DNA of 64,000 nt from positions 46,306 to 110,305 of the IMG/VR virus record IMGVR_UViG_3300042460_000724. One strand, 5' to 3'. The position numbers were made by a program, and so were the translations under genes. The DNA is from a virus. How positions within the stretch are numbered: position 1 is the stretch's first letter; every line of letters begins with the position of its first letter. The notes beneath the pieces were generated by a model. That model searched no databases and was not told where the DNA came from. It saw only the letters and a list, made by a program, of their open reading frames with translations. Below are positions 37,058-48,829 of the stretch, piece by piece.

Positions 37058-40000
37058 TTATCCTCCGAATATTAATGAATAGCCTACTGCGGCCGCTGCT
37101 GATGCTCCACCACCTCCACCTGCAGTTAGATTGATTGTTGTTACTTCTATATAACTACCATTTGCAGGAGCACTACTGAATGTTATATTAGCGTTAGCTA
37201 ATGTGTAATCTGTTCGTAATACTGTTGCACCGTTATAGTTAACACTAGTTTGATTTATGCTTGTTGGTGTCGTACTTAAAGTAAATATTGTTTGTACACC
37301 ATTACCAGTAAAGTTATCTACTGTTACGTTTGCTCCGGCCGGCGGTGCTGTCCAACTTAAGTTTCCTGAACCGTCAGTACTTAATACATATGTGTTTGAG
37401 CCACCAGTAATCTTAACGTTACCTACTGCTCCTAAATTAGTTTGTCCAGTAACGTTTAATGTACCTGCTACATTTACTCCGGTACCGGTAACAGTTACAA
37501 TATTAGCATTACCTACAGCACTCATTGTAATGTTGCCATTAGCGGTTGCAATACTTATGTTGCTGTTGCCGTTACTTATACTATTTGACGAACCACCTGC
37601 TACATTAGACCAAGTTAATGTACCTGATCCATCTGTTTGTAGATATTGACCATTAGAACCACCTGTAATTTTTACATTGCTAACTGGGCCCAATGAAACA
37701 TTGCTAGCACCTATTAAGTTAGCAGTACCTGTACTTGTTATACCAGTAAGTGTACCAACACTTGTAATGTTAGGTTGAGCCGCAGTATAAACAGTACCTG
37801 ACACTAGTGCATTAGCTACTTGACCCGAGACATTGCCGCCTGCTACACTGTTAGCAGTTGTAGCATATGTAGCTAAGTTGGCTGTTCCATATAAGTTACC
37901 AATAAAGAAATTAGCTGTTACTGCATTACCTAAGTTAGCATTACCTGCAGTGATAGTACCACTTGCAGTAAATGTATTAGCTGATATAACATTACCACCT
38001 GTAATATTACCACCTGTGCCTGCGCCAGCAGTGATATTACCCGCAGTTAGATTACCAGTAGTATTTAATGTACCTGCTACATTAACACCTGTTCCAGTAA
38101 TGACCATTGTGGTATTACCAACCGCAGTAAAATTAATATTACCATTACTAGTTGGAATATTTACATTACTATTTCCATTACTAATACTACTTCCACCACC
38201 ACCTGACTGTGCTACCCAAGAGAGATTACCTGAACCGTCAGTACTTAATACATATGCATTACTACCGCCAGTGATACGTACATTACCTACTGCACCAAGT
38301 GTTGTATTACTTGTATTAGCAAAGTTTACTATTCCATTACTTGTTAGTCCAGTTAATGTTCCAACTGATGTAATATTTGGTTGTGCCGCAGTTGTTACTG
38401 TGCCTGCAGTTGTAGCTGAATTAGCTGTACCATAGAAGTTACCAATGAAGTAATTAGCAGTTACACTATTGCCTAAATTTGCATTAGCGGCTGTTATGTT
38501 ACCGGACGCAGTAAATGTATTAGCCGATATGACATTACCACCTGTAATATTTCCACCACTACCAGATCCAGCAATGATATTACCCGCAGTTAGATTACCG
38601 GTTACATTTGCAGTACCTGTAATGTTTGCACCAGTACCTGTGATTACTAATATATTTGCATTACCCGCTACACTAGTTATTACATTACCATTTGCTAGTA
38701 CTACTACATTGCTATTTCCACTTACAATTGTATTACCTGCGCTTACTGTAATACCAGTTAGTAAACTGCCGTTACCACTAAAGAAATTAGCTGTAACCAA
38801 ATTACCTAAATTAGCATTACCGGATGTGATATTACCCGTAACAGCTAAACTTGTTAATGTACCAACTGACGTAATGTTTGGTTGAGCATTTGTATATACT
38901 GTGCCGGCTACTAATGCGTTAGCTACCTGTCCAGAAACATTACCACCTGCTACTGCATTTGCAGTTGTTGCATATGTAGCTAAGTTAGCTGTTCCGTAGA
39001 AATTACCAATGAAGTAGTTAGCGGTTACTGCATTGCCAAGATTAGCATTGCTAGCTGTAATATTACCACTAGCAATAAAAGTATTTGCCGAGATAACATT
39101 AGCATTACCAATATTACCACCTGAGCCAGTAGTATTAATATTGCCGGCTGTAATATTGCCACTAGCGATGAATGTGTTTGCGCTGATAACATTGACGTTA
39201 CTGACGTTACCACCAGAACCAGCTGTAATTAAATTACCAACAGTTGCATTTCCGGTTACATTCAATGTACCGGCAACATTAACACCTGTACCGGTAATTA
39301 CCATATTTGTATTACCAACAGCAGTAAAATTGATATTGCCGTTTGCAGATGGTATATTTACATTACTATTTCCATTACTTATGTTACTTGCGGCACCTGA
39401 ACTAACAGTAGACCAAGTTAATGTACCAGAGCCATCTGTTTGTAGATATTGACCATTAGAACCACCTGTGATTTTTACATTACCAACCGGGCCCAAAGAT
39501 ACATTACTGGCACCTATTAAGTTAGCAGTACCTGTACTTGTTATACCTGTTAGTGTACCAACACTTGTTATATTTGGTTGAGCCGCAGTATAAACTGTAC
39601 CTGACACTAATGCGTTAGCTACTTGACCAGAAACGTTGCCAGCTGGTAAACTTGTTAAGTTAGCTCCACTACCTATAAAAAAGTTAGCAGTAACACTGTT
39701 GCCTAAGTTAGCGTTACCGGCAGTAATATTACCACTAGCAATAAATGTGTTTGCACTAATAACATTAGCATTACCAATGTTACCACCACTACCAGTAGTA
39801 TTAATATTACCGGCGGTGATATTGCCACTAGCAATAAAGGTATTGGCTGAAATGACATTAACATTGCTGACATTACCACCTGATCCAGATGTAACAATAT
39901 TACCAACTGTAGCATTTCCAGTGACATTTAATGTACCAGATATGTTAGCTCCGGTTCCAGTAACTACTAGAATATTAGCATTGCCTACAGCACTGATATT

Positions 40001-42853
40001 AATATTGCCGTTTGCAGATGGTATATTTACATTACTATTTCCGTTACTGATGTTACTTGACGATCCACTTGCTACATTTGCCCAACTTAATACACCTGAG
40101 CCATTTGTTTGTAGATATTGACCATTTGTTCCACCAGTAATTGTTACATTACCTACAGGACCTAAGTTAGATGTACCAGATACAGTTACACTAGTTAATG
40201 TACCGACTGATGTAATATTAGGTTGCGCTGCCGTATAGACAGTACCTGCTACTAATGCATTGGCTACTTGACCAGATACATTAGCACCTGCTACCGCATT
40301 AGCTGTTGTAGCATATGTAGCTAAGTTAGCTGTTCCATAGAGATTACCAATGAAGTAATTAGCAGTTACCGCATTACCCAAATTAGCGTTACCCGCAGTG
40401 ATATTACCACTAGCAATAAATGTATTAGCTGAGATAACATTAGCATTGCCAATATTACCACCTGAGCCAGTAGTATTAATATTGCCGGCGGTGATATTAC
40501 CACTAGCAATGAATGTGTTTGCACTAATAACATTGACGTTAGATATATTACCACCGCTACCAGATGTAACGATATTACCAACAGTAGCATTTCCTGTAAC
40601 GTTTAATGTGCCTGCGACATTAACACCTGTACCAGTTACAATCACAATGTTTGCATTACCGGCTACACTAGTTGTTACATTACCGTTTGCGGCTACTAAT
40701 ACATTACTATTTCCGTTTGTAATTGTATTACCTGCGCTTACTGTAATACCAGTTAATAGACTACCATTACCAGTAAAGAAATTAGCTGTAACTAAGTTTC
40801 CTAAGTTAGCATTACCTGAACTTATATTACCAGTAACTGCTAAACTAGTTAGTGTTCCAACACTTGTTATATTGGGTTGTGCCGCCGTATATACTGTACC
40901 TGAGATTAATGCATTGCCCACTTGTCCTGTAACATTAGCACCTGCAATTGAACTTAATCCAGATCCGTTACCCGTGAATACCCCTGTATTAGCAGTTATA
41001 TTGGCAGCTGTTATGTCTCCATTCACCGCTAAACCAGTTAATGTACCAACACTTGTAACTTGTGTTTGACTTGCGTTAACGCTAAAAGTACTACCAGTTA
41101 ATGTTAATCCTGTACCTGCTTGGTATGTACCAGCTCCACTAAATTGAGTGAACTCAATGTTATTACCAGGAGTACCAATGGCAGTTACTGTACTTGTTTG
41201 TACCCATCCGGTGTTGTCATACAATGTACCACTGGTTACGAATATAAAATCACCTGCTTCTACTTCTGGTACACTGTTATAGTCTGTTGCACGTGTAATA
41301 ACAGTAGCGTTACTCCAAGTATAGATACCATTTAATACTGCATTTGCTTCATTTTTAACTAAGATGCGAGTACCTGATGTTTGTACATTTACACCATCAA
41401 TTAAGTTGAATGTCCCAGTAGTAGTTAGATTTGCACCTACCCCACTAGAGCCGTTATTGTATGTTATTGTACCAGTAGTAACGTTAGCTAATGTATCTGG
41501 TGTTGCGGCGGCGGCTGCATCGTGTACGTTTAGTCCTTGAGCAACATCATCAACATATTGTTTTGTTGCGGCATCTGTGCTTGCAACAGGTGTTGCTAAA
41601 TTTGTAATATTAAAGCTGTTTAAATTAACATTAGCACCAAATGAACCTGATCCTGATACTGTTATACCTGTTAGTGTACCAACACTAGTTATATTTGGTT
41701 GTGCCGCAGTTGTTAACGAACCCGTTACCGCAGTAAATACTCCAGTAGTTGCACCAATGTTACCTGCATTAGCGTTACCGGTAACATTTAGTGTACCGGC
41801 GGTTATATTACCGCTAGCAGTAAATGTATTAGCTGAAACAACATTTACATTGCTGATGTTACCACCACTACCCGTAGTTGATAAATTAGCTACCGTAGTG
41901 TTACCAATTACATTTAATGTACCGGCTACGTTAACCCCTGTACCAGTTACAACTAAAATATTTGCATTACCTGCAACACTAGTAGTTACATTTCCGTTAG
42001 CAGATACAAGTACGTTGCTATTTCCATTTACAATTGAATTACCAGCACTTACTGTAATACCTGTTAATAAACTACCATTACCACTAAAGAAATTTGCAGT
42101 AACTAAATTGCCTAGATTAGCATTACCTGCATTTACGTTACCGGAAATATTAGCTGTTGTTGCAAAAACTGTGCTATTTGCAATGACGTTACTAGCAACG
42201 ATGTTACCAGTATCACTGATAGAGGCTTTGTCACCACCAGTAGTGAAGAAATTAATGTATCCTGCAGGACCAGCAGACATATAGACGCCTGTGCCACCGT
42301 TTACAATAATAGGTGCGTTAACGTTCCCACTAGTTGTTAAGTTACCCCCAGTAACGTTACCAGTTACTGTCAATGAAGTTAATGTACCAACACTAGTAAT
42401 ATTTGGCTGTGCGTTAGTTGTTAGTGTACCTGTAAAGTAATTAGCAGTAACTAGATTACCTAGATTAGCATTACCTGCAGTTAAGTTACCGGATATGTTT
42501 GCTGTACCGGATATATTTGCACCGGTACCTGTAATCACCATTATAGTGTTACCTGTAGCAGTAAGATTAATATTACCATTACTACTTGGAATGTTTACAT
42601 TGCTGTTGCCGTTGCTAATACTACTAGTAGAACCGGTAGTTACAGTAGACCAAGTTAATACACCGGATCCATCTGTTTGCAGATATTGACCATTAGCACC
42701 GCCACCAATATAGATATTACCAACAGCACCTAAATTACTTGAAGTTGTTATAGTAAGGTTGGCAACAGACAGATTGGCAGAAACGTTCATACCGTTAACT
42801 GTGTAGTTACCAGATGTATCTATTCCTGATGGTTTAATTACTGTCAATGCCAT
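37058..42853 (-). CDS. Fibre 'stalk' protein
   Basis: 1931 aa built from the same repeat modules as 30226-34431, with an FTGNG domain and a Gly linker plus tail (VGYSLIFGG). Confidence 0.8.
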   Translation of the reverse strand: MALTVIKPSGIDTSGNYTVNGMNVSANLSVANLTITTSSNLGAVGNIYIGGGANGQYLQTDGSGVLTWSTVTTGSTSSISNGNSNVNIPSSNGNINLTATGNTIMVITGTGANISGTANISGNLTAGNANLGNLVTANYFTGTLTTNAQPNITSVGTLTSLTVTGNVTGGNLTTSGNVNAPIIVNGGTGVYMSAGPAGYINFFTTGGDKASISDTGNIVASNVIANSTVFATTANISGNVNAGNANLGNLVTANFFSGNGSLLTGITVSAGNSIVNGNSNVLVSANGNVTTSVAGNANILVVTGTGVNVAGTLNVIGNTTVANLSTTGSGGNISNVNVVSANTFTASGNITAGTLNVTGNANAGNIGATTGVFTAVTGSLTTAAQPNITSVGTLTGITVSGSGSFGANVNLNSFNITNLATPVASTDAATKQYVDDVAQGLNVHDAAAAATPDTLANVTTGTITYNNGSSGVGANLTTTGTFNLIDGVNVQTSGTRILVKNEANAVLNGIYTWSNATVITRATDYNSVPEVEAGDFIFVTSGTLYDNTGWVQTSTVTAIGTPGNNIEFTQFSGAGTYQAGTGLTLTGSTFSVNASQTQVTSVGTLTGLAVNGDITAANITANTGVFTGNGSGLSSIAGANVTGQVGNALISGTVYTAAQPNITSVGTLTSLAVTGNISSGNANLGNLVTANFFTGNGSLLTGITVSAGNTITNGNSNVLVAANGNVTTSVAGNANIVIVTGTGVNVAGTLNVTGNATVGNIVTSGSGGNISNVNVISANTFIASGNITAGNINTTGSGGNIGNANVISANTFIASGNITAGNANLGNAVTANYFIGNLYGTANLATYATTANAVAGANVSGQVANALVAGTVYTAAQPNITSVGTLTSVTVSGTSNLGPVGNVTITGGTNGQYLQTNGSGVLSWANVASGSSSNISNGNSNVNIPSANGNINISAVGNANILVVTGTGANISGTLNVTGNATVGNIVTSGSGGNVSNVNVISANTFIASGNITAGNINTTGSGGNIGNANVISANTFIASGNITAGNANLGNSVTANFFIGSGANLTSLPAGNVSGQVANALVSGTVYTAAQPNITSVGTLTGITSTGTANLIGASNVSLGPVGNVKITGGSNGQYLQTDGSGTLTWSTVSSGAASNISNGNSNVNIPSANGNINFTAVGNTNMVITGTGVNVAGTLNVTGNATVGNLITAGSGGNVSNVNVISANTFIASGNITAGNINTTGSGGNIGNANVISANTFIASGNITASNANLGNAVTANYFIGNFYGTANLATYATTANAVAGGNVSGQVANALVAGTVYTNAQPNITSVGTLTSLAVTGNITSGNANLGNLVTANFFSGNGSLLTGITVSAGNTIVSGNSNVVVLANGNVITSVAGNANILVITGTGANITGTANVTGNLTAGNIIAGSGSGGNITGGNVISANTFTASGNITAANANLGNSVTANYFIGNFYGTANSATTAGTVTTAAQPNITSVGTLTGLTSNGIVNFANTSNTTLGAVGNVRITGGSNAYVLSTDGSGNLSWVAQSGGGGSSISNGNSNVNIPTSNGNINFTAVGNTTMVITGTGVNVAGTLNTTGNLTAGNITAGAGTGGNITGGNVISANTFTASGTITAGNANLGNAVTANFFIGNLYGTANLATYATTANSVAGGNVSGQVANALVSGTVYTAAQPNITSVGTLTGITSTGTANLIGASNVSLGPVSNVKITGGSNGQYLQTDGSGTLTWSNVAGGSSNSISNGNSNISIATANGNITMSAVGNANIVTVTGTGVNVAGTLNVTGQTNLGAVGNVKITGGSNTYVLSTDGSGNLSWTAPPAGANVTVDNFTGNGVQTIFTLSTTPTSINQTSVNYNGATVLRTDYTLANANITFSSAPANGSYIEVTTINLTAGGGGGASAAAAVGYSLIFGG

Positions 42854-42873
42854 TATATCTTATCCTTATTATG

Positions 42874-42881
42874 TATTTAGT
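42874..42881 (-). promoter_or_regulatory. Late-promoter-like element
   Basis: ACTAAATA upstream of an AAGGA SD and ATG 42853. Confidence 0.5.
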
Positions 42882-42886
42882 TGTTA

Positions 42887-45800
42887 TTAATAGATCGGGA
42901 ATGCAGTTGTTGGTGGGGTAAAGTTTGCAGTATATCGTGCATAACCTTTTGTTATTCTGAAATCATCCATATAACCATAGAAAGGTCCCCAAGAGCCTCC
43001 CGTAAAAGCATATCCAATATCAAGTTTTGAAGCTGTCAAATTAGTTGAATCCGTGCCTGAAGATTTTGAAATCCCGTCATAATAAAAGTTTACTGCAGTT
43101 CCATTGCGTACTATTGCAATGTGATGCCATCCGTTTATTTCTACTGCTTGTCCTGCATTGGCACCGCCGGCCGAACCGCAAGTAAATGCATAATTACCAT
43201 TATATTGAATCAATGATACCCCATCAGCCGGTGACCAGCCCTCACCAAAAGAAAATATATACCTACTAGCAGTATCTAACGGGTATATCCAAAATTCAAT
43301 AGTAAGATTCCCGGTACCAAATGGCTGTATAATAGGTGTCTGAATCTGGTCATTAGTGCCATCAAAACTCATACTACTTCCGCCAAATTTACTTACTGCG
43401 GTACTTAATTTTGCACCATCTATGGTTTCCATTGTAGTCATCATTGCGGCATCGTAGACACCAGCACTTGTTCCATTAATTAACCAACTTGTATTTTGTA
43501 TTGCTGTTAATGGTTGTGATGGTGGTACAAAGTTGCTTGTATATAAGGCAGTACCAGCAATCATACGAGTATCAGTTATGTATCCATTTACACCATCTGA
43601 ACGAGCACCTCCCCCACCAAACAATATTCCCTGTGTAAATGGTTTTAATCCAGATTGAATTGCAGAACCATATGTAGTTGAACCAATTTGAACACCATTA
43701 ATGAAAAGCCTAATAGTATTTCCACTACGTGTTGCGGCAAAATGATACCATTGACTCGCAGTAAAAGTGTATGCTGTTTCAATTGCCCATATTGTAGTTA
43801 CAGTAGATGATTCGGCGAATCGCACAGTGGTGTTACTCGAAACTCGCAATTCAACATAGGGCGTGTTACCACCTGTGTTATTACCTAATCCAAAAATCCA
43901 GTTACTAGAACCAAAAGAATTAAAGTATACCCAAGCTTCCATTGTCCAATTGGTTGTTGTTCCAGCTATAGGTGATGCTATGTTACTATAAATTATGCCA
44001 GTATTATCTGAATTAGTAGAACCACCAATTGTACTTACTGTATAACCCTGTGTAGTTGCACTAGTAAAACCGAATGGGTTTTGTATTGTTGGCTGACTAT
44101 TACCAGCTGTAGTAATAGGGAAATTATTTGTACTGTTATCTATAAATGTTGGTGATTGACATGTCAATAAACTTGTACCAGATATTGCCGTCAATGGACT
44201 TGTGGGGGGTGTAAAGATAGTTGTACCTGTTGTAGTACTAGCAGTAACATAACCTGCAACTACAGATCCTCTAACAACACGCATATTAGACAGATAACCT
44301 ATAGGGCCGCCGCCTTCACTAAATACACGCCAGGCTGTACTTGATGCAAAATTTGTACCACCTAAAGCAGAATATGCTCGAAGTACACCATTAACAAACA
44401 ATCTCATTGCAGATCCACTACGAGTAACACACAAGTGTAACCATTGATTTGTTAAAGCTGATATATTATATGATACGATTATTGCTCCGCCGTTACTAGC
44501 AACACCAAAAGTACCACTGTCTGAATAAATTTGAAAGCCACTTGCCGTATTAGCTTCAAATATTCTAGGATATTGACCTCCTAAATTAGTAAAATACCAC
44601 CAACTTTCCCAAGTAAAATCTTGTGTACCTTCTGGTCCAGCCGCACCTGTAATATTTAACACATCTCCCGTACCATCAAAATAACCACTATAACTTGTTG
44701 GGGTCAATGATGATGGATTGAATGGACTAAATCGTTGTACACTTGTATCACCAACTTTTGTAATAGTGTAGTTGTTTATACTGTCATCAATAAAACGACT
44801 GTCAGCACAGGTTAATAAACTGGTGTTTGTTATCGGTGTTAGTGGAGTTGTAGATGGAGTGAACGCTGAGGTATATACTGCGGTACCCTTAACAATCCTA
44901 GCATTGCTAATGTACCCTGTCCAATCTTGAATAACAGATCCGTTGTATGTTAGTGAACCAATTTGTACTTTTGCAAAAGTTTGTATGGTTCCACTATATG
45001 CAACTGAGCCCTGTAACACCCCATCTAAGTACAAATAAATGTTATTACCATTTCTAACTGTAGCAATATGATGCCACACGTTTGATGTTAGTAATGTTGT
45101 TCCTGCAACAGACCACGGCACTGACGATTGTGTCCCTTCTTCTGCAAACACATATCCTGTACCAGTTTTTGTTCCGAATTGAAGATATGGGTAACCGGAG
45201 TTATTACAGAAAGTTAAAAAGTTTCTATACCCACTTGTTAGACTAGAGCCGGTATACATTACCCATGCTTCTACAGTCCAACTTCCACTACCCAAATCTA
45301 GTGGGCCACTGGCTGTAATTGGAGTAGTCAAGTAATCACCGGTACCATCAAAGTAGTTACTCCAGTTACCACCGTATGGTGAGAATGTACCTTGAGTAGC
45401 TTTACCGACATAAGTGACAGGAAAATTGTTTGTACTATTATCTAAGAATACATTATTGTTTACTGATTGATTGTTTTGTAATGTTAATAAACTTGTACCA
45501 CTAATCGCTGTTAATGGTGCTGTGGGCGGGGTGAAGTTAGCTGTATAAACTGCGGTACCTACTACTAATCTAGCATCAGAGATGTATCCATTAGCGTAAA
45601 AACCATTATAATCAGTATAATATCTACCCATAACTGCTACAGTATTAACTGCGGTGTTATTAACTGATCCTATAGATCCTACACTAACACCATTCTTATA
45701 TAAAGTAAGAGTGTTACCACTTCGTACACCCGCCACATGAATCCAAACATTGGTTGTCAATGCGACACTATCATATATGTCAAAGGCTGCGCCATCAGTT

Positions 45801-47749
45801 CCTAATCTAAATTGCAATGTTCCCTGAAATGTTCCTATAAACATTCCAGAAGTAGAAGAGCCTTGTGTACTAACAAAACCTGCTGATAAACTACTTGCGG
45901 TAACATAAACCCATGCTTCTATTGTAAAATTTCCACTAGCAGTTAACGCGGCACTACTAGGAGTATTCAAATAATCCCCAGTACCATCAAAGTATCCACT
46001 ACCATATGTACTATAACTACTATTTGGTACAAAGGGGTCAAAAGAACTAATTGATGTATTACCCGCAACTGCCAATGTAAGGTTGTTTGTGCTGTTGTCA
46101 ATAAACCTATTAGATTGGCAAGTAAGAAGTGATGTTCCAGATACTGCTGTCAATGGCGTGGTGCTTGGAGTAAAACTAGATGTGTAAAGAGCCGTACCTT
46201 TTACCAATCGCAAATTGCTGATGTTTCCATTAAAGTAAAAAGTGTCTGTGCGATTTGCACCAACAGCAACTGGATAACTTGTGCTTGTTGCACCCCATGA
46301 AGTTGAGTAAGAAGCTGTAGCGACCTGAGCTCCATTGACGAACATATATAGAGTGTCATTGTCTCTAACACACGCAATGTGATACCAAGCTCCAATAGCC
46401 CAAGTTTGTGATGTACTAAGAATTGTAGTACCAGATCCAGTTGCTTGCCATAATAAAGTAGAGCTAGTAACAATAAATCTGAAAGGCTGACACTCATTGA
46501 TGCTTAATAAAGTATGGTTTCCAGAAAGAGTACTTGCAGAAAACCAACATTCAAAAGTTAATGTTTTTGTTGATGAGAAATCAAATGCTGATGCGCCGGC
46601 CGATGTAGAAAGATAATCCCCGCTGCCATCAAAGTAATTACTATAATATCCAGGCGTATACGGATTAAAATTATTTGGCTTTGTATCACCATTAATTGTT
46701 ACCGCAAAATTATTTGTACTAGCATCATCTACAAATGTTGTACTTGCTCCCGGTATCAATAATGTATTGTACTCAAAGAATATATCATTCGATACACCTA
46801 TAACCCAATTGATAGTTATAGATGATAACTCACTTGTTGTATTAGCAGTAGCTGTTAATAACGAACTACTATTTGCTTCTACCGTTGGTGTTCCTGATAT
46901 GTTTGCACCAGTTAAACTCAATCCAGTTGGTAACGCATTAGCAGTATATGTAATCCCTGAGCCAACAGCACTAGTTGCGCTTAGTGTTACATTGGATATA
47001 GCACTATTAGTTGTACTAGTATAAGTTGTTCCATTGGCTGGACTAGCCCATGTTACTACATCAGGATTAATAGTTAAACTAAAACTACGATTTGTATCTT
47101 GTAATTCAGCATCTGTTGCTCTAACAGTAAATGTATATGTAGTTGGGCTAGATAATAATTGACTTGTACCAGTAATTGTTCCATTACTGTTAAAAGTTGC
47201 TCCAGGTGGTATTGAACCACTAAACAAACTATATGTTATTGGAACGTCACCGGTAGCAGTAACTGATTGATTAAAACTTGCTGTTTCGTATACATTTCCT
47301 AAACTACCGGCAGCAGTTGTCCAATTTGGTGTACCACTATATTGTATACCCGGGATAGCAATTGCTGTTCCACCATCAGTGTTTATCACATACAATACAT
47401 AACTACCTGTAGCATTAGCAGGACTTGTAAATGTAATAGTTGTAGAACTTACAACTGATACTACACCCACTGCACTGCCGTTAATCAATACACTTGCACC
47501 GGCAAGAAATCCACTGCCTGTTAGTGTAATAGTTTGTCCACCTGCAGGATCGGCTGCGGTGTCATCACCTGGATAAGTAATAGTAGATACTTTTGGAGTG
47601 ACAATTGTTGCTCCGGTAACTGTAGTATTACCTAAGACTAAATCATTTTGTATGTATACATCATCAAACTGATTAGTTGCATTACCTAAACTTGTGTTTG
47701 CCGGGGGGTTAAAGATATTTTGATTTTTTACCTGATAATAATCTGCCAT
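42887..47749 (-). CDS. IPT/TIG + Ig-like + six LamG domain protein, paralog of 25244-29890
   Basis: Same architecture and linkers; ends ARYTANFTPPTTAFPIY. Confidence 0.85.
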   Translation of the reverse strand: MADYYQVKNQNIFNPPANTSLGNATNQFDDVYIQNDLVLGNTTVTGATIVTPKVSTITYPGDDTAADPAGGQTITLTGSGFLAGASVLINGSAVGVVSVVSSTTITFTSPANATGSYVLYVINTDGGTAIAIPGIQYSGTPNWTTAAGSLGNVYETASFNQSVTATGDVPITYSLFSGSIPPGATFNSNGTITGTSQLLSSPTTYTFTVRATDAELQDTNRSFSLTINPDVVTWASPANGTTYTSTTNSAISNVTLSATSAVGSGITYTANALPTGLSLTGANISGTPTVEANSSSLLTATANTTSELSSITINWVIGVSNDIFFEYNTLLIPGASTTFVDDASTNNFAVTINGDTKPNNFNPYTPGYYSNYFDGSGDYLSTSAGASAFDFSSTKTLTFECWFSASTLSGNHTLLSINECQPFRFIVTSSTLLWQATGSGTTILSTSQTWAIGAWYHIACVRDNDTLYMFVNGAQVATASYSTSWGATSTSYPVAVGANRTDTFYFNGNISNLRLVKGTALYTSSFTPSTTPLTAVSGTSLLTCQSNRFIDNSTNNLTLAVAGNTSISSFDPFVPNSSYSTYGSGYFDGTGDYLNTPSSAALTASGNFTIEAWVYVTASSLSAGFVSTQGSSTSGMFIGTFQGTLQFRLGTDGAAFDIYDSVALTTNVWIHVAGVRSGNTLTLYKNGVSVGSIGSVNNTAVNTVAVMGRYYTDYNGFYANGYISDARLVVGTAVYTANFTPPTAPLTAISGTSLLTLQNNQSVNNNVFLDNSTNNFPVTYVGKATQGTFSPYGGNWSNYFDGTGDYLTTPITASGPLDLGSGSWTVEAWVMYTGSSLTSGYRNFLTFCNNSGYPYLQFGTKTGTGYVFAEEGTQSSVPWSVAGTTLLTSNVWHHIATVRNGNNIYLYLDGVLQGSVAYSGTIQTFAKVQIGSLTYNGSVIQDWTGYISNARIVKGTAVYTSAFTPSTTPLTPITNTSLLTCADSRFIDDSINNYTITKVGDTSVQRFSPFNPSSLTPTSYSGYFDGTGDVLNITGAAGPEGTQDFTWESWWYFTNLGGQYPRIFEANTASGFQIYSDSGTFGVASNGGAIIVSYNISALTNQWLHLCVTRSGSAMRLFVNGVLRAYSALGGTNFASSTAWRVFSEGGGPIGYLSNMRVVRGSVVAGYVTASTTTGTTIFTPPTSPLTAISGTSLLTCQSPTFIDNSTNNFPITTAGNSQPTIQNPFGFTSATTQGYTVSTIGGSTNSDNTGIIYSNIASPIAGTTTNWTMEAWVYFNSFGSSNWIFGLGNNTGGNTPYVELRVSSNTTVRFAESSTVTTIWAIETAYTFTASQWYHFAATRSGNTIRLFINGVQIGSTTYGSAIQSGLKPFTQGILFGGGGARSDGVNGYITDTRMIAGTALYTSNFVPPSQPLTAIQNTSWLINGTSAGVYDAAMMTTMETIDGAKLSTAVSKFGGSSMSFDGTNDQIQTPIIQPFGTGNLTIEFWIYPLDTASRYIFSFGEGWSPADGVSLIQYNGNYAFTCGSAGGANAGQAVEINGWHHIAIVRNGTAVNFYYDGISKSSGTDSTNLTASKLDIGYAFTGGSWGPFYGYMDDFRITKGYARYTANFTPPTTAFPIY

Positions 47750-47759
47750 TTTCTATACC

Positions 47760-48797
47760 TTAAACGTTTGTTAATATCCAACCTTGGGCAGCATTATAAT
47801 ATACTAATGTAAATGCTGAACGGTTTGTTGTTACTGTCATATCTGATGCTGTTCCTTGAATGTTGCCACCATTTCTTCCAACTGTAATTGCGTGTACATT
47901 TGCATTACCAGTACCATCAATGATACCAACTTCAGTACCCAATGAAGGACTACTTGGAAGTGTAATTGTTATGTTAGAAGTATCTGTGTTAACTATATAT
48001 TTTGTGTTTGCTGTTGCAGATGTATTTGCGGTAACATCTACATAAGTGTATCCGCCGCTTCCACCACCGCCGCTTCCTAAATTAAATGTCATTACCTCAA
48101 TAGATGCGCCATTAGCCGGTGCACTACTTAATGTGACATTTGCTCCAGAAACAGTATATGCTGAATGTAATTGACTTACGCCGTCAACGTTAATAATTGT
48201 ATAATTTTCTGATGTTGGTGCGTTTGTTAAAGTAAAGACTGTTTGAACACCATTGCCGGCAAAGGTGTCAAGTACTATATTAGATCCGGCTGTTGATGCT
48301 AATATCCAACTTAAATTGCCAGAACCGTCAGTGCTTAATATATATCCGTTTGCACCGCCCGCAATATGCAGATTGCCCACAGCACCTAAAGTTACATTTG
48401 CACCACTTAGGGATACATTACCTGTTATGTTTGCTGTACCGGATATATTTGCGCCAGTACCGGTAATAGTCATTACATTGGCATTACCAACTGCACTAAA
48501 TGTGATATTTCCGTTTGCTGTAGCAATATTTACATTACTATTACCATTACTGATATTGCTTGTTGAGCCTCCTCCGGACTGTGCAGTCCAAGATAAGTTA
48601 CCCAATCCATCAGTGCTCAGTACATATGTGTTAGAGCCACCGGTAATCTTTATATTACCAACTGCACCTAAATTCGCTGAATTTGTGACACTAATATTTC
48701 CAAGGAAGTAATTTGCCTGTACGTTTGCATTGGCCGAGTGCAATGATATATTGCCGGTCGTGAGGCCGTTCTTTACGTTAAAATATTTAAATGACAC
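47760..48797 (-). CDS. Short fibre/branch-point protein
   Basis: GTG start; KYFNVKNG N-terminus, stalk repeats, FAGNG domain and a C-terminal ITLPSSPSLG...LVYYNAAQGW domain. Confidence 0.75.
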   Translation of the reverse strand: MSFKYFNVKNGLTTGNISLHSANANVQANYFLGNISVTNSANLGAVGNIKITGGSNTYVLSTDGLGNLSWTAQSGGGSTSNISNGNSNVNIATANGNITFSAVGNANVMTITGTGANISGTANITGNVSLSGANVTLGAVGNLHIAGGANGYILSTDGSGNLSWILASTAGSNIVLDTFAGNGVQTVFTLTNAPTSENYTIINVDGVSQLHSAYTVSGANVTLSSAPANGASIEVMTFNLGSGGGGSGGYTYVDVTANTSATANTKYIVNTDTSNITITLPSSPSLGTEVGIIDGTGNANVHAITVGRNGGNIQGTASDMTVTTNRSAFTLVYYNAAQGWILTNV

Positions 48798-48829
48798 AGT
48801 TCCATATTCCCTGTTTACGAATTATACTA

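Noticed and set aside
25244-47749. Diversity-generating retroelement acting on the LamG or other heads
   Set aside because: No reverse transcriptase in the window and no template/variable repeat pair with adenine-specific differences seen.
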